A DNA stretch of 63,854 bases. It comes from Thiomonas sp. (GTDB taxonomy: Bacteria > Pseudomonadota > Gammaproteobacteria > Burkholderiales > Burkholderiaceae_C). A program made the position numbers and the translations under genes. The notes under the pieces are model-generated. The model made no database searches. It was given only the letters and a program-made list of their open reading frames with translations, and was not told where the DNA came from. The stretch's first letter is position 1; every line of letters starts with the position of its first letter. The stretch lies in the NCBI GenBank assembly GCA_023255715.1, contig JAGDVQ010000095.1, positions 1 through 63,854 of the forward strand, in the 5' to 3' direction. Below, piece by piece: positions 1 through 9,397 of the stretch.

Positions 1-67
1 TGTGCGCCTTGCATCCCATCCCGCACACCGGCGCGCATCATCACAAGGACTGATTCAGTGTTGCCCT
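1..67. mobile_element. Right part of a MITE-like repeat (copy 1, cut by the window edge)
   Basis: Bases 1-55 are identical to 24083-24137. Bases 48-67 (gactgattcagtgttgccct) match the reverse complement of 23985-24004 at 17/20 positions, i.e. a terminal inverted repeat (TIR). Confidence 0.75.
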
Positions 68-1395
68 TGCTGCGCTGCAAACCTCACCTGCACCCGCAGG
101 CCGCCGAGCGGTGCGGTGTCGAGGGTGATGGTCGCGCTCGAGCGCTCGGCCACACTGCGCACGATGGCCAGGCCCAGACCGCTGCCGCCCGCGGGGGCGT
201 TTTCGCGGCGATAGAAGCGGTCGAACACCCGCTCGCGGTCCTCGGGCGGGATGCCGGGGCCGGAGTCGTCTACCTCGAGAATGGCCATGCGCTGCGGCGC
301 GCCGTCTGTGCCCGGCCGCATCTCGCAGCGCACCCGCACGTCCACCCGGCCGCCGGTCGGGGTGTAGCGCAGCGCGTTGTCCACCAGATTGCGCACCAGA
401 ATGCGCAAGCCTCCGGGCGGGGCGAGTACGGTGCAATCCTCGGCGTCTTCCAGCCCGGCGTCCACGCCGCGGGTCTGCGCCAGTTCGGCGGTGTCCGACA
501 GCGCCAGACGCGCAGTGTCGAGCAGGCTCACCGGCGCCAGCGCCTCCTCGGCGCCGGACTCGTTACGCGCCAGCTGCAGCAACTGCTCGACCAGATGGCT
601 GGCGCGGTCGATGCCGCTTTCCAGCCGCGCCAGCGCCACGCTGCGCTGGCCGTCGTCGTGCGCGCGCGCGAGCATCTGCACCTGCACCTTGAGCGCGGTC
701 AGCGGTGAGCGCAGCTCGTGCGCGGCGTCGGCAACGAACATGCGCTGGGTGTCGAACGCGGCCCGGGTGCGGGCGAACAGGCCGTTCATCGCCCGCACCA
801 CGGGCTGCATTTCACTGACCACGGGGTGCGGATCGAGCGGATCGAAGCTGGTGGCCGCGCGGTTTTCCAGCTCGCGCGACAGGTCCGAGAGCGGCTGCAG
901 CGAGCGCCGCCCCACCCAGGCCACGGCCAGCAACAGCAGCGGGGCGATCACCGCCATCGGCCAGATGGATCGCAGCGCAAACCCCAGCGCCAAGGCACGC
1001 CGCGTGGCGGTGCTCTGCCCGACCTGGATGGTGCGGCCGCCGGCTTGCATCGAGTACACCCGCCACTGCTCGCCGCCGACCTGCACATTGGTGTAGCCGA
1101 GCACGGCCTGGCTGGGCAGGTCGCTGCGCGGGCGCGAGACGTAGATGCGCTTGCCGTCGGGCGCCCAGACCTGCACCACATAGTCGACATCGTTGCCCGG
1201 GCTGACGTTCGGGCCGAAGCCGGGCAGGCCCATGTCGCCGCTGGCCAGCGACAGCGCGAGCTGCTGCAGGTGATAGTCGAACACCGCATCGGCCTCGCGC
1301 ATGGCGTTGTGGAACACCGCCACCGCCTGCACCAGCGCGGCGATGGTCACTGCGGCAGACAGCAGCAGAAGCAGCCGGGCGCGCAGCGATTTCAC
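55..1395 (-). CDS. Two-component sensor histidine kinase, QseC/PmrB-like
   Basis: Two TM segments, H-box FVADAAHELRSPL, N-box NLVDNALRY, G-boxes DDSGPGI and GSGLGLAIV. Start trimmed to the GTG at 1395, which overlaps the regulator stop (GTGA). Confidence 0.9.
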   Translation of the reverse strand: MKSLRARLLLLLSAAVTIAALVQAVAVFHNAMREADAVFDYHLQQLALSLASGDMGLPGFGPNVSPGNDVDYVVQVWAPDGKRIYVSRPRSDLPSQAVLGYTNVQVGGEQWRVYSMQAGGRTIQVGQSTATRRALALGFALRSIWPMAVIAPLLLLAVAWVGRRSLQPLSDLSRELENRAATSFDPLDPHPVVSEMQPVVRAMNGLFARTRAAFDTQRMFVADAAHELRSPLTALKVQVQMLARAHDDGQRSVALARLESGIDRASHLVEQLLQLARNESGAEEALAPVSLLDTARLALSDTAELAQTRGVDAGLEDAEDCTVLAPPGGLRILVRNLVDNALRYTPTGGRVDVRVRCEMRPGTDGAPQRMAILEVDDSGPGIPPEDRERVFDRFYRRENAPAGGSGLGLAIVRSVAERSSATITLDTAPLGGLRVQVRFAAQQGQH

Positions 1396-2111
1396 TCGCC
1401 GCCTCCGTCGCCGCCGCCGTCCTTGGTCGGCATGGCCGGGCTTGCGGCGGCGGGCTCCCTGGCGATCATGTAGCCCATGCCGCGAATATTGCGGATGAGT
1501 TCGGCGCCGAGTTTTTTGCGCAAGCTGTGGACATACACCTCCACCGCGTTGCTCGAAATCTCGTCCTTCCAGCTGTAGAGCTTTTCCTCGAGCTGTGCGC
1601 GCGACAGAATCATGCCGGGACGGGCAATGAGCGCTTCGAGCACCGCCCATTCGCGCTGCGACAGCGCCACCGGCTCGCCGCTCAGCAAGGCTTCGTGCGT
1701 GGCCGGGTTCAGGCTGATGCGACCGTAGCTGAACACCGGCTCGGCGCGGCCCGCAGCGCGGCGCAGCAGCGCGCGGATGCGCGCGAACAGCTCGTCGAGG
1801 TCGTAGGGCTTGAGCACATAGTCGTCCGCCCCGGCGTCCAGCCCCTCGATGCGCGCCGACACCGCGTCGCGTGCGGTGGCGATCAGCACCGGCGTGGCCT
1901 CGCGCCGCGCGCGCAGCGCCTTGAGCACGGCCAGGCCGTCCATCTTGGGCAGCCCCAGGTCGAGCAGCACCAGGTCGTACTGCTCGGTGCGCAGCGCGCT
2001 GTCGGCCATGACGCCATCGCGCACCCAGTCCACCGCGTAGCCTTCGCCGCGCAGCGCGTCGAGCACGCTCTCGCCGATCATCATGTCGTCTTCAACCAGG
2101 AGCAGGCGCAT
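1392..2111 (-). CDS. OmpR-family response regulator, QseB/PmrA-like
   Basis: MRLLLVEDD, LLDLGLP, GADDYVLKP; winged helix SNAVEVYVHSLRKKLG...IRNIRGMGY. Confidence 0.93.
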   Translation of the reverse strand: MRLLLVEDDMMIGESVLDALRGEGYAVDWVRDGVMADSALRTEQYDLVLLDLGLPKMDGLAVLKALRARREATPVLIATARDAVSARIEGLDAGADDYVLKPYDLDELFARIRALLRRAAGRAEPVFSYGRISLNPATHEALLSGEPVALSQREWAVLEALIARPGMILSRAQLEEKLYSWKDEISSNAVEVYVHSLRKKLGAELIRNIRGMGYMIAREPAAASPAMPTKDGGGDGGGE

Positions 2112-2157
2112 GGGGCTGGATGGCAAATGGAAACAGGTGTCACTTTAGCGGTCGGCC

Positions 2158-2173
2158 CTTAGACTGCGCTTAA
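2158..2173. promoter_or_regulatory. Candidate QseB/PmrA-type direct-repeat binding box
   Basis: CTTAG-N6-CTTAA (11-bp period) in the divergent intergenic region, next to a minus-strand -10-like TAAAGT at 2142-2147. Confidence 0.45.
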
Positions 2174-2194
2174 CACACTCGAACGATCAGAACG

Positions 2195-3430
2195 ATGCCG
2201 CATTCGCCCACCCCTGCCGACCCGGCCGCACGCCTTCCCCGCACCGTCTGGATGCTCGGGCTGGTCAGCCTGTTCATGGACATGTCGTCCGAACTCATCC
2301 ACGCACTGCTGCCGGTGTACATGACCACGGTGCTGGGCCTGAGCGTGCTCAGCGTGGGCGTGGTCGAAGGCATTGCCGAGGCCACGGCGTCGATGCTCAA
2401 GGTGGTGTCGGGCGTGTGGTCGGACCGCATCGGCTCGCGTAAGTGGCTGGCGGTGACCGGCTATGGCCTGTCGGCGCTGACCAAGCCGCTGTTTCCGCTG
2501 GCCTCCGGCGCCGGCGAGGTGATCGCCGCGCGCTTCATCGACCGCATCGGCAAGGGTATCCGCGGCGCGCCGCGTGACGCGCTGGTGGCCGACGCCACGC
2601 CGCCCCCGTTGCGCAATGCCGCCTATGGCCTGCGGCAAAGTCTGGACACGGTGGGCGCTGTGCTTGGCCCGCTGGCGGCCATCGGCCTGCTCGCGCTGTA
2701 TGCCGACAATCTGCGGCTGGTGCTGTGGTTCGGGGTGATTCCGGCGGTGATCGCGGTGGCGCTGCTGGCCTTCGGGGTGCACGAGCCGCGGCGCGCCCGG
2801 CCCGAGCGCAGCACGGCCGGATCGCGCCGCAAGGCGGTGGACTGGGGCGCCGCGCGCCAGTTGCCAGCGGCGTACTGGCAGGTGGTCGTTCTGGCCGCGC
2901 TGTTCACCGTGGCGCGGCTGACCGAGGCGTTTTTGGTGCTGCGCGGCGATCAGATCGGCGTGTCGGTGGTGTGGATCGCGTTGGTCACGCTGGTACTGTC
3001 GCTGGCCTACGCCGCCTCGGCCTATCCGGTCGGGCTGCTGGCCGCGCGCTGGGGGCGCAAGCGTCTGTTCGGTCTGGGGCTGGTGGTGCTCGCGCTGGCC
3101 ATGTTGCTGCTCGGCGGTGTGCTGCCGCTGGGAATGCCCGGGTTCTGGGCCGGGGTTGCGCTGTGGGGCTTGCACATGGGGCTCACGCAGGGATTACTCT
3201 CCGCTGCGGTGGCCGACGCCGCGCCGGCGGCACTGCGCGGCACGGCGTTTGGCCTGTTTCACCTGACCATCGGCCTGATGCAGCTGCTCGCCGCCATCGG
3301 CGCGGGCTGGCTGTGGCAGACCATCGGCTCTGGCGCGCTGTTCACGCTGGGCGCGGCGCTGGCGCTGCTGTGCCTGCCTGCACTGGCGCTGTGGCTGCAC
3401 GAAAACCCCCAAAAGAAGGAAGAGACATGA
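2195..3430 (+). CDS. MFS transporter
   Basis: About 12 hydrophobic segments; motif A-like GVWSDRIGSRK; DRIGKGIRGAPRDALVAD signature. Confidence 0.9.
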   Translation: MPHSPTPADPAARLPRTVWMLGLVSLFMDMSSELIHALLPVYMTTVLGLSVLSVGVVEGIAEATASMLKVVSGVWSDRIGSRKWLAVTGYGLSALTKPLFPLASGAGEVIAARFIDRIGKGIRGAPRDALVADATPPPLRNAAYGLRQSLDTVGAVLGPLAAIGLLALYADNLRLVLWFGVIPAVIAVALLAFGVHEPRRARPERSTAGSRRKAVDWGAARQLPAAYWQVVVLAALFTVARLTEAFLVLRGDQIGVSVVWIALVTLVLSLAYAASAYPVGLLAARWGRKRLFGLGLVVLALAMLLLGGVLPLGMPGFWAGVALWGLHMGLTQGLLSAAVADAAPAALRGTAFGLFHLTIGLMQLLAAIGAGWLWQTIGSGALFTLGAALALLCLPALALWLHENPQKKEET

Positions 3431-4407
3431 TCACAACCCAAGCCATTCAATTCGACCAGCACGGCGGCCCCGAGGTGCTGCAGTGGCGCACGCTGGAACT
3501 ACCCGAGCCCGGCCCGGGGCAGGTGCTGCTGCGGCACGAGGCCGTGGGGCTGAACTTCATCGACGTGTATCACCGCACCGGCCTGTATCCGCAGCCGCTG
3601 CCCGGCACTCTGGGCGGGGAAGCGGCCGGGGTGATCGAGGCGGTCGGCCCCGGGGTGCAGGGCTTTGCCGTGGGCGATCGCGTGGGCTATTGCACCGGCG
3701 CGCCCGGCGCGTATGCGCAGCGTCGCGTGGTGCCGGTGGCGCCGCTGATCAAGCTGCCCGATGACATTTCGTTCGAATTGGCCGCAGCCAGCCTGCTCAA
3801 GGGGCTGACCGCGTATTACCTGCTGCACCGCACCTGGGCGCTCAAGCGCGGCGAGGTCGCGCTGTTCCATGCCGCAGCCGGCGGAGTCGGGCTGATCGCC
3901 GGGCAGATGGCGCGGGCAATCGGCGCGGTGCTGATCGGCACCGCCGGCTCGCCACAGAAATGCGCGCTGGCGCTGGAGAACGGCTATGCCCACGCGATCG
4001 ATTACGTCCAGAACGACTTCGTTGCCCGTGTCAAGGATCTCACCGGCGGGCGCGGCGTGCCGGTGGTGTACGACTCCATCGGCAAAGACACCTGGGAGCG
4101 CTCGCTCGCCTGCCTGCAGCCCTTCGGCCTGATGGTGAGCTTCGGCAACGCCTCGGGCGCGGTGCCGCCGATCAAGCTCACCGATCTGGCCGCAGCCGGA
4201 TCGCTTTACGTCACCCGCCCGACACTGGGTACGCACATGGCCGACCCGGTGGTCAAGCAGCAGATGGCCGACGCGCTGTTCGCACTGATCCGCAGCGGCC
4301 AGGTGCGCATCCACATCCACCAGCGCTACCCGCTGGCCGACGCCGCGCAGGCGCACCGCGACCTGCAGGCGCGCAAGACCATCGGCTCGACCGTGCTGGT
4401 GCCATAG
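3427..4407 (+). CDS. qor: NADPH:quinone oxidoreductase (zeta-crystallin/MDR family)
   Basis: GGPEVL, GLNFIDVYHRTGLYP, HAAAGGVG, SFGNASG, GSLYVTRPTL. ATG overlaps the MFS stop (ATGA). Confidence 0.9.
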   Translation: MITTQAIQFDQHGGPEVLQWRTLELPEPGPGQVLLRHEAVGLNFIDVYHRTGLYPQPLPGTLGGEAAGVIEAVGPGVQGFAVGDRVGYCTGAPGAYAQRRVVPVAPLIKLPDDISFELAAASLLKGLTAYYLLHRTWALKRGEVALFHAAAGGVGLIAGQMARAIGAVLIGTAGSPQKCALALENGYAHAIDYVQNDFVARVKDLTGGRGVPVVYDSIGKDTWERSLACLQPFGLMVSFGNASGAVPPIKLTDLAAAGSLYVTRPTLGTHMADPVVKQQMADALFALIRSGQVRIHIHQRYPLADAAQAHRDLQARKTIGSTVLVP

Positions 4408-4497
4408 TCTGCCGCCGATCTCGCATGTCGTGGCCCTGCGACCGATTGCCGCAGGGCGGGGCAATGCGGAGTCGTCGGGCGCAGGGTGCTTCCTAGA

Positions 4498-5805
4498 ATG
4501 AGCGCCATGCCGTTTTCCGCACGCCTTGCGCACCAGCCCCTGAGCGGGGGGAGTGCGTCTGCTCCCTTGCCCGTCGTCACCCTGCACCGTCTGCTGGCGG
4601 CGCGGGTGGTTTTGCTGCTGGCCGAACTGGCCATCATGCCGTGGGCGCATCACGCACTGGACATCACCTGGCCGGTCTACCGCGTGCTCGGGCTGATCGC
4701 GCTGCAGGCGGCGCTGGCGCTGCTGCTGTGGTGGCAGAGCCGCAGCGCACGCGGGCTGGGGGTGAACGGCGGGTTTGCGCATCTGCTGGCCGACGCCTTC
4801 ATCCTTGCGCTGCTGGTGTATTGGAGCGGCGGTGAAGTCAACCCCATCATTTCGCTGCTGCTGGTGCCGCTGATCCTGTGCGCGGTGGCGTTTCCGTGGG
4901 TGTATGGCTGGGCGATGACCGCAGTGGTCATCGTGCTGTATTCGCTGCTGTCGTTCTTTCCCGCGCCGCAGGCGGCGTCGTGCGGGGTGAGCACCGGCGC
5001 GCTGGACGAGCACTTGATGGGCATGTGGGGCAACTTCCTGATCACCGCGCTGCTGGTGGCAGCGGTGGTGGCACGGCTGGCAGCCGCCTTGCGCGAGCGC
5101 GAGGTGGAACTGGCCCGCAGCCGCGAGGCCGCGTTGCGCGACCAGCATCTGTTCGCACTCGGCATGCAGGCCGCCGCCGCGGCGCACGAACTCGCCACCC
5201 CGGTGGCCACGCTGGCGATGACGGTGGATGATCTGCAGTCCGACTACGTCGGGGACGACGAGCTTGGTCCCGCGCTGCAGCGCATGCAGGCGCAGGTCAA
5301 GCAAATCCGCGGCGTGCTCGGTCACATCACCGCTGCCGCCGGTGCGGCGCGCGAGCGCAGCGGCCAGGTCGAAACCCTCGATCGCTGGCTCGCGCAGACC
5401 CTCGAACACTGGCATCTGATGCGCCCGCAGTCGCAGGCCCAGCTGCAGGTGCGCGGCACGGGCGACATGCCGCAGCTGCGCGTGGACGCGGGGCTGAACG
5501 CTGCGCTGGTGAGCCTGCTCAACAACGCCGCCGATGCCAGCCCCGAGCAGATCGAGGTCGAAGCCGACTGGGATGCGGCGCAGCTGCGCGTGAGCGTGCT
5601 CGACCGTGGCCCGGGCCTGCCCGACGAGCGGCTGGCGCGCGCCGGGTTCGATTTTGTCAGCACCAAGGGCGAGACGCGCGGCCTCGGCCTGGCGCTGGCC
5701 CGCGCCGGGATCGAGCGCCTCGGCGGCACCCTCGTGGTGACGCGCCGTGACGGTGGCGGCCTGCGCGCCGCGCTGCAATGGCCGCGCCTGGAAAGTACCC
5801 AATGA
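4498..5805 (+). CDS. regB: RegB/PrrB/ActS-family redox sensor histidine kinase
   Basis: Multi-TM N-terminus with GGEVNP (GGxxNPF-like quinone site), H-box AAAAHELATP, NNAADAS, GLGLAL. Adjacent to a RegA-like regulator. Start uncertain (4486/4498/4507). Confidence 0.82.
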   Translation: MSAMPFSARLAHQPLSGGSASAPLPVVTLHRLLAARVVLLLAELAIMPWAHHALDITWPVYRVLGLIALQAALALLLWWQSRSARGLGVNGGFAHLLADAFILALLVYWSGGEVNPIISLLLVPLILCAVAFPWVYGWAMTAVVIVLYSLLSFFPAPQAASCGVSTGALDEHLMGMWGNFLITALLVAAVVARLAAALREREVELARSREAALRDQHLFALGMQAAAAAHELATPVATLAMTVDDLQSDYVGDDELGPALQRMQAQVKQIRGVLGHITAAAGAARERSGQVETLDRWLAQTLEHWHLMRPQSQAQLQVRGTGDMPQLRVDAGLNAALVSLLNNAADASPEQIEVEADWDAAQLRVSVLDRGPGLPDERLARAGFDFVSTKGETRGLGLALARAGIERLGGTLVVTRRDGGGLRAALQWPRLESTQ

Positions 5806-6368
5806 ACGATCCATCCATGAATCTCCTGCTGGTCGAAGATGACGCCGCGCTGGCCGCTGCCACGCGCAATTCCATGGAACGCCGCGGCATCACGGTGTGG
5901 CATGCAGACTCCGCACCCGCCGCCCGCGCGCTGATCGGCACCACGGAATTCGACGCCGCCGTGCTCGACCTGCGCCTGCCCGGCGACAGCGGCCTGACGC
6001 TGATCGCCCCGCTGCGCGCCGCCTATCCCGACATGCGCATTCTGCTGCTCACCGGGTATGCGAGCATCGCCACCGCGGTCGATGCCATCAAGCTCGGCGC
6101 GACCAACTACCTGCCCAAGCCTGCGACGGTCAGCGACATCCTCGCCGCGCTGGAGCAGGATGCGCCCGAGGCCGATCGGCCTGTGTCCGCCAACCCGCTG
6201 CCGGTGGACCGGCTGGAGTGGGAGCACATTCAGAAAGTGCTGGCCGAGCATGACGGCAATATTTCCGCCACCGCCCGCGCACTGCAGATGCACCGCCGCA
6301 CCCTGCAGCGCAAGCTGCTCAAACACCCGGTGCGCGAGGCGCCGGTGGAGGGCGGCAGGGACGGTTGA
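5802..6368 (+). CDS. regA: RegA/PrrA/ActR-family response regulator
   Basis: LTGYASIATAVDAIKLGA and the Fis-type HTH WEHIQKVL...NISATARALQMHRRTLQRKL. ATGA overlap with the kinase. Confidence 0.9.
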   Translation: MNDPSMNLLLVEDDAALAAATRNSMERRGITVWHADSAPAARALIGTTEFDAAVLDLRLPGDSGLTLIAPLRAAYPDMRILLLTGYASIATAVDAIKLGATNYLPKPATVSDILAALEQDAPEADRPVSANPLPVDRLEWEHIQKVLAEHDGNISATARALQMHRRTLQRKLLKHPVREAPVEGGRDG

Positions 6369-6370
6369 TT

Positions 6371-6466
6371 CCCCCTCCCAACCTCCCCCACACGGTGGGG
6401 AAGGCGGCGGCGCCGCGCGCGTGGTTCAGACGCGCCCTCCCCGCTTGCGGGGAGGGCCTGTGAGGG
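6371..6466. repeat. REP-like pyrimidine/purine palindromic element between convergent genes
   Basis: ccccctcccaacctcccc...ggggaagg followed by the perfect hairpin gccctccccgc-tt-gcggggagggc (6434-6457). Confidence 0.55.
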
Positions 6467-6506
6467 ACGATCTCTGCGCGCGGTGCGATGGCGCCGTTTT
6501 GCGCGA

Positions 6507-7364
6507 TCACGCCGGTTGCTGCGCCGCGCTGCGGATTCTCTGGCGCTGCAGGCCCAGTTGCGGGCTGCCCAGCGTGACCACATCGCCGGGCTGCAGGTAG
6601 CGCGGCGGCTTGCGGCCCATGCCCACGCCCGGCGGGGTGCCGGTGGCGATCAGGTCGCCAGGCAGCAGAGTCATGTAGCGGCTGAGAAACGCCACCAGCT
6701 CGGCCACGCCGAAAATCATGTCGCGGGTATTGCCCTGCTGCATGCGCTCGCCGTTGACCTCGAGCCACAGGTCGATGTTCTGCGGGTCGGCGATCTCATC
6801 TTTGCTGACCAGCCACGGGCCGACCGGGCCGAAGGTGTCACAGCCCTTGCCGAGATTCCACTGGCTGCCCTGTTCGAGCTGATACGCGCGCTCGGACACG
6901 TCGTTGACCAGGCAATAGCCGGCGACCGCCTCGAGCGCATCGACCTCGCGCACAAAGCGCGTCGGCCGGCCGATGACCACGCCGAGCTCGACCTCCCAGT
7001 CGAGCTTGTGCGCCCCGGGCGGGCGCAGCACCGGGTCGTTCGGGCCGCTGATGCAGGTGGTCCATTTGTTGAACACGATGGGCGAGGTCGGAATCGCCAT
7101 CTGCGCCTCGGCCGCGTGGTCGCGGTAGTTCAGGCCGATGCCGATGAACTTGCTGATGCCGACCAGCGGCACGCCCAGCCGCGGCCTGCCTGCGACCAGC
7201 GGCAGTGTCTGCGGGTCGATGCGGCGCAGCGCGCGCTGGCCCGCCGGGCCGAACACGCTGGCGTCGATGTCGGGCACGATACCCGCCAGGCTGCGCAGCC
7301 GGCCCTGCGCATCGATCAGCCCGGGTTGTTCGCGGCCCTTGCGGCCGTGGCGCACGAGTTTCAT
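6507..7364 (-). CDS. Fumarylacetoacetate hydrolase family protein
   Basis: GIGLNYRDHAAE, KLDWEVELGVVIG, NDVSER, GKGCDTFGPVGP, GDLIATGTPPGVG. RBS gaggag before ATG 7364. Confidence 0.9.
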   Translation of the reverse strand: MKLVRHGRKGREQPGLIDAQGRLRSLAGIVPDIDASVFGPAGQRALRRIDPQTLPLVAGRPRLGVPLVGISKFIGIGLNYRDHAAEAQMAIPTSPIVFNKWTTCISGPNDPVLRPPGAHKLDWEVELGVVIGRPTRFVREVDALEAVAGYCLVNDVSERAYQLEQGSQWNLGKGCDTFGPVGPWLVSKDEIADPQNIDLWLEVNGERMQQGNTRDMIFGVAELVAFLSRYMTLLPGDLIATGTPPGVGMGRKPPRYLQPGDVVTLGSPQLGLQRQRIRSAAQQPA

Positions 7365-7374
7365 CGAGGGCTCC

Positions 7375-8067
7375 TCAGCGCCGCTGGTATTGGGTCTTGC
7401 CGAACAGATGCTCGTGCGCGGTAGCGTCCATCTGCGGCGGGCGGATGTCGGCCAGCACCTGCACACCGCGCTGCACCGCGGGGCGCGCAGCGATCGCGTC
7501 GAACCAGCGTTTGGCATGCGGAAACTCGTCCCAGGTGATGCCCTGGTTGGCCGCGCTGCGGCACCACGGAAAGGTGGCGATGTCGGCGATCGAGTAGTCG
7601 TCGCCTGCGAGGTAGCGCTGCGACGCCAGTCGCCGGTCGAGCACGCCATAGAGCCGACGCGCCTCGTTGGTGTAGCGGTCGATGGCGTAGGGGATTTTTT
7701 CCGGGGCGTACTGGCGGAAGTGGTGCGCCTGCCCGAGCATGGGGCCGACGCTGGCCATCTGCCACATCAGCCACTCGATGGTGGCAATGCGCGCGCGGGG
7801 ATCGGTGGGCAGGAAGCGCCCGGTCTTTTCGGCCAGGTAGAGCAGGATGGCGCCGGACTCGAACACGCTGATCGGCGCGCCATCCGGGCCGTCGGAGTCG
7901 ACCAGCGCCGGAATCTTGTTGTTCGGGCTGATGGCAAGGAACTCGGGCGTGAACTGCTCGCCGCGGCCGATGTTGACCGCATGCACGCGGTAGGGCAGGC
8001 CGAGTTCTTCGAGCAGGATGTGAATCTTGTGGCCATTGGGCGTGGCCCAGGAATAGAGGTCGATCAT
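7375..8067 (-). CDS. Glutathione S-transferase, YfcG/Nu-class disulfide oxidoreductase
   Basis: [56 protein letters not shown]. Confidence 0.9.
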   Translation of the reverse strand: MIDLYSWATPNGHKIHILLEELGLPYRVHAVNIGRGEQFTPEFLAISPNNKIPALVDSDGPDGAPISVFESGAILLYLAEKTGRFLPTDPRARIATIEWLMWQMASVGPMLGQAHHFRQYAPEKIPYAIDRYTNEARRLYGVLDRRLASQRYLAGDDYSIADIATFPWCRSAANQGITWDEFPHAKRWFDAIAARPAVQRGVQVLADIRPPQMDATAHEHLFGKTQYQRR

Positions 8068-8182
8068 GGTGGAGGGCCGTCTGTGCGGCGTGGTGAACGG
8101 GAGGAGGCAGAACGCCGTCACATTGTGCGACGTTCACCGCGGGCTTGCAGCGACCGGCCCGGCGCAGCGATCCGCGCAGCAG

Positions 8183-9385
8183 TCAGCGCAACAATTCGCC
8201 CTGCGCGATCTGGGCGTGCAGCGCCTCGATCGGCGGTGCCAGCTGCTGCAGCAGCCGCAGGTGCGCGGACAGTCCGGCCAGCGGCAGGTCGTCGCCCAGC
8301 GCATCGGCTTCATGCGCCACGGTGCTCCAGTGGACCGTGCTCTGCGCCAGCGGCAGCGCGAGGCTTTGCAGCATGGCGAGCTCCTGCGGTGGCAGGTCGC
8401 CGTCGTTCTGGTCGAGCTGCCAGGCGCTGCGCCGTGCCAGCATGCGGGTGGTGTCCAGGCCGGTGCGGGCCTGCGCGATACGCTGTTGCCACACGGGATG
8501 ATGCACCGCGAGCTGCTCACCCACGCGCCGGGTCTGCAGACGCTCGACCAGCAAGTCCAGCGCGCGCTCGGCGGCGCCCAGACACCACAGGGCGTCGTGC
8601 AGGCCGACGATGCGCTGGCGTGCCTGCAGCATGTCCAGCCCCTGTCCAGGCTGACCGACCATGAGGTCACCGGCCACGCGAACCTGGTCGAAATGCACCT
8701 CTGCCAGGGTGGATTGCGCCATCCCCCAGCCATGCAATTGCCGTGCGATGCGCACGCCATCGGTCCGGGTGGGGACGAGCAGCACGCTGAACTGCCGGTG
8801 CAGCGGGGCCTGCGCATCGGTGCGGCACAGCACCAGCAGGCTGGTGGTGCGCGGGTCGAGAATGCCCTGCACCCAGGTCTTGTGGCCGTTCAGGACCCAG
8901 TGGTTGCCGTCGCGGTTGGCCTGGGCCTGTAGCGAGTCCGGGCGGTGCAGGTCGGCATCGGGCTCGGCGGCGGCCCAGGCGCTGCGGGTTTCGGCGCGCA
9001 ACAGGGGGTCGAGCCAGGCGTCCTTCATCGGCTCGCTGGCGTAGCTGTCGAGCAGTTGCATGTTGCCGGCATCGGGCTGGGCGCTGTTGAACACGTCCGC
9101 CGCCCAGGCAATGCGCCCCATGGCCTCGATCATCGGGGCGTATTCCCAATGGCTCAGGCCCTGGCTGGTGCGGGTGGACGCGGGAAGAAACAGGTTCCAC
9201 AGCCCGGCAAGCTGGGCCTTCTGCCGCATCGGCGCCAGCAAGGCGTGCACGGGCTGGCCCGGCTGCAATGCTGCGGTGCGCAGCGCGGCGTTGATGCTGC
9301 TTTCCTGCGGCTGCAGCACGGTTTGCATGAAACGGTGCAGCCGGGTCTGCAGGGTGCTGACGCGGGGGGAGGGGGCGGTCTCCAT
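8183..9385 (-). CDS. Divergent acyl-CoA dehydrogenase-fold protein (probably inactive)
   Basis: GLWNLFLP, FN...PD.GNM, WLDPLL, NGHKTW and GAAERAL are recognisable; FAD-binding and catalytic motifs are altered. Confidence 0.75.
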   Translation of the reverse strand: METAPSPRVSTLQTRLHRFMQTVLQPQESSINAALRTAALQPGQPVHALLAPMRQKAQLAGLWNLFLPASTRTSQGLSHWEYAPMIEAMGRIAWAADVFNSAQPDAGNMQLLDSYASEPMKDAWLDPLLRAETRSAWAAAEPDADLHRPDSLQAQANRDGNHWVLNGHKTWVQGILDPRTTSLLVLCRTDAQAPLHRQFSVLLVPTRTDGVRIARQLHGWGMAQSTLAEVHFDQVRVAGDLMVGQPGQGLDMLQARQRIVGLHDALWCLGAAERALDLLVERLQTRRVGEQLAVHHPVWQQRIAQARTGLDTTRMLARRSAWQLDQNDGDLPPQELAMLQSLALPLAQSTVHWSTVAHEADALGDDLPLAGLSAHLRLLQQLAPPIEALHAQIAQGELLR

Positions 9386-9397
9386 GCCGGGATGCCG

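Noticed and set aside
3499-5814. 771-aa minus-strand ORF
   Set aside because: Shadow of qor and regB; no domain signal.
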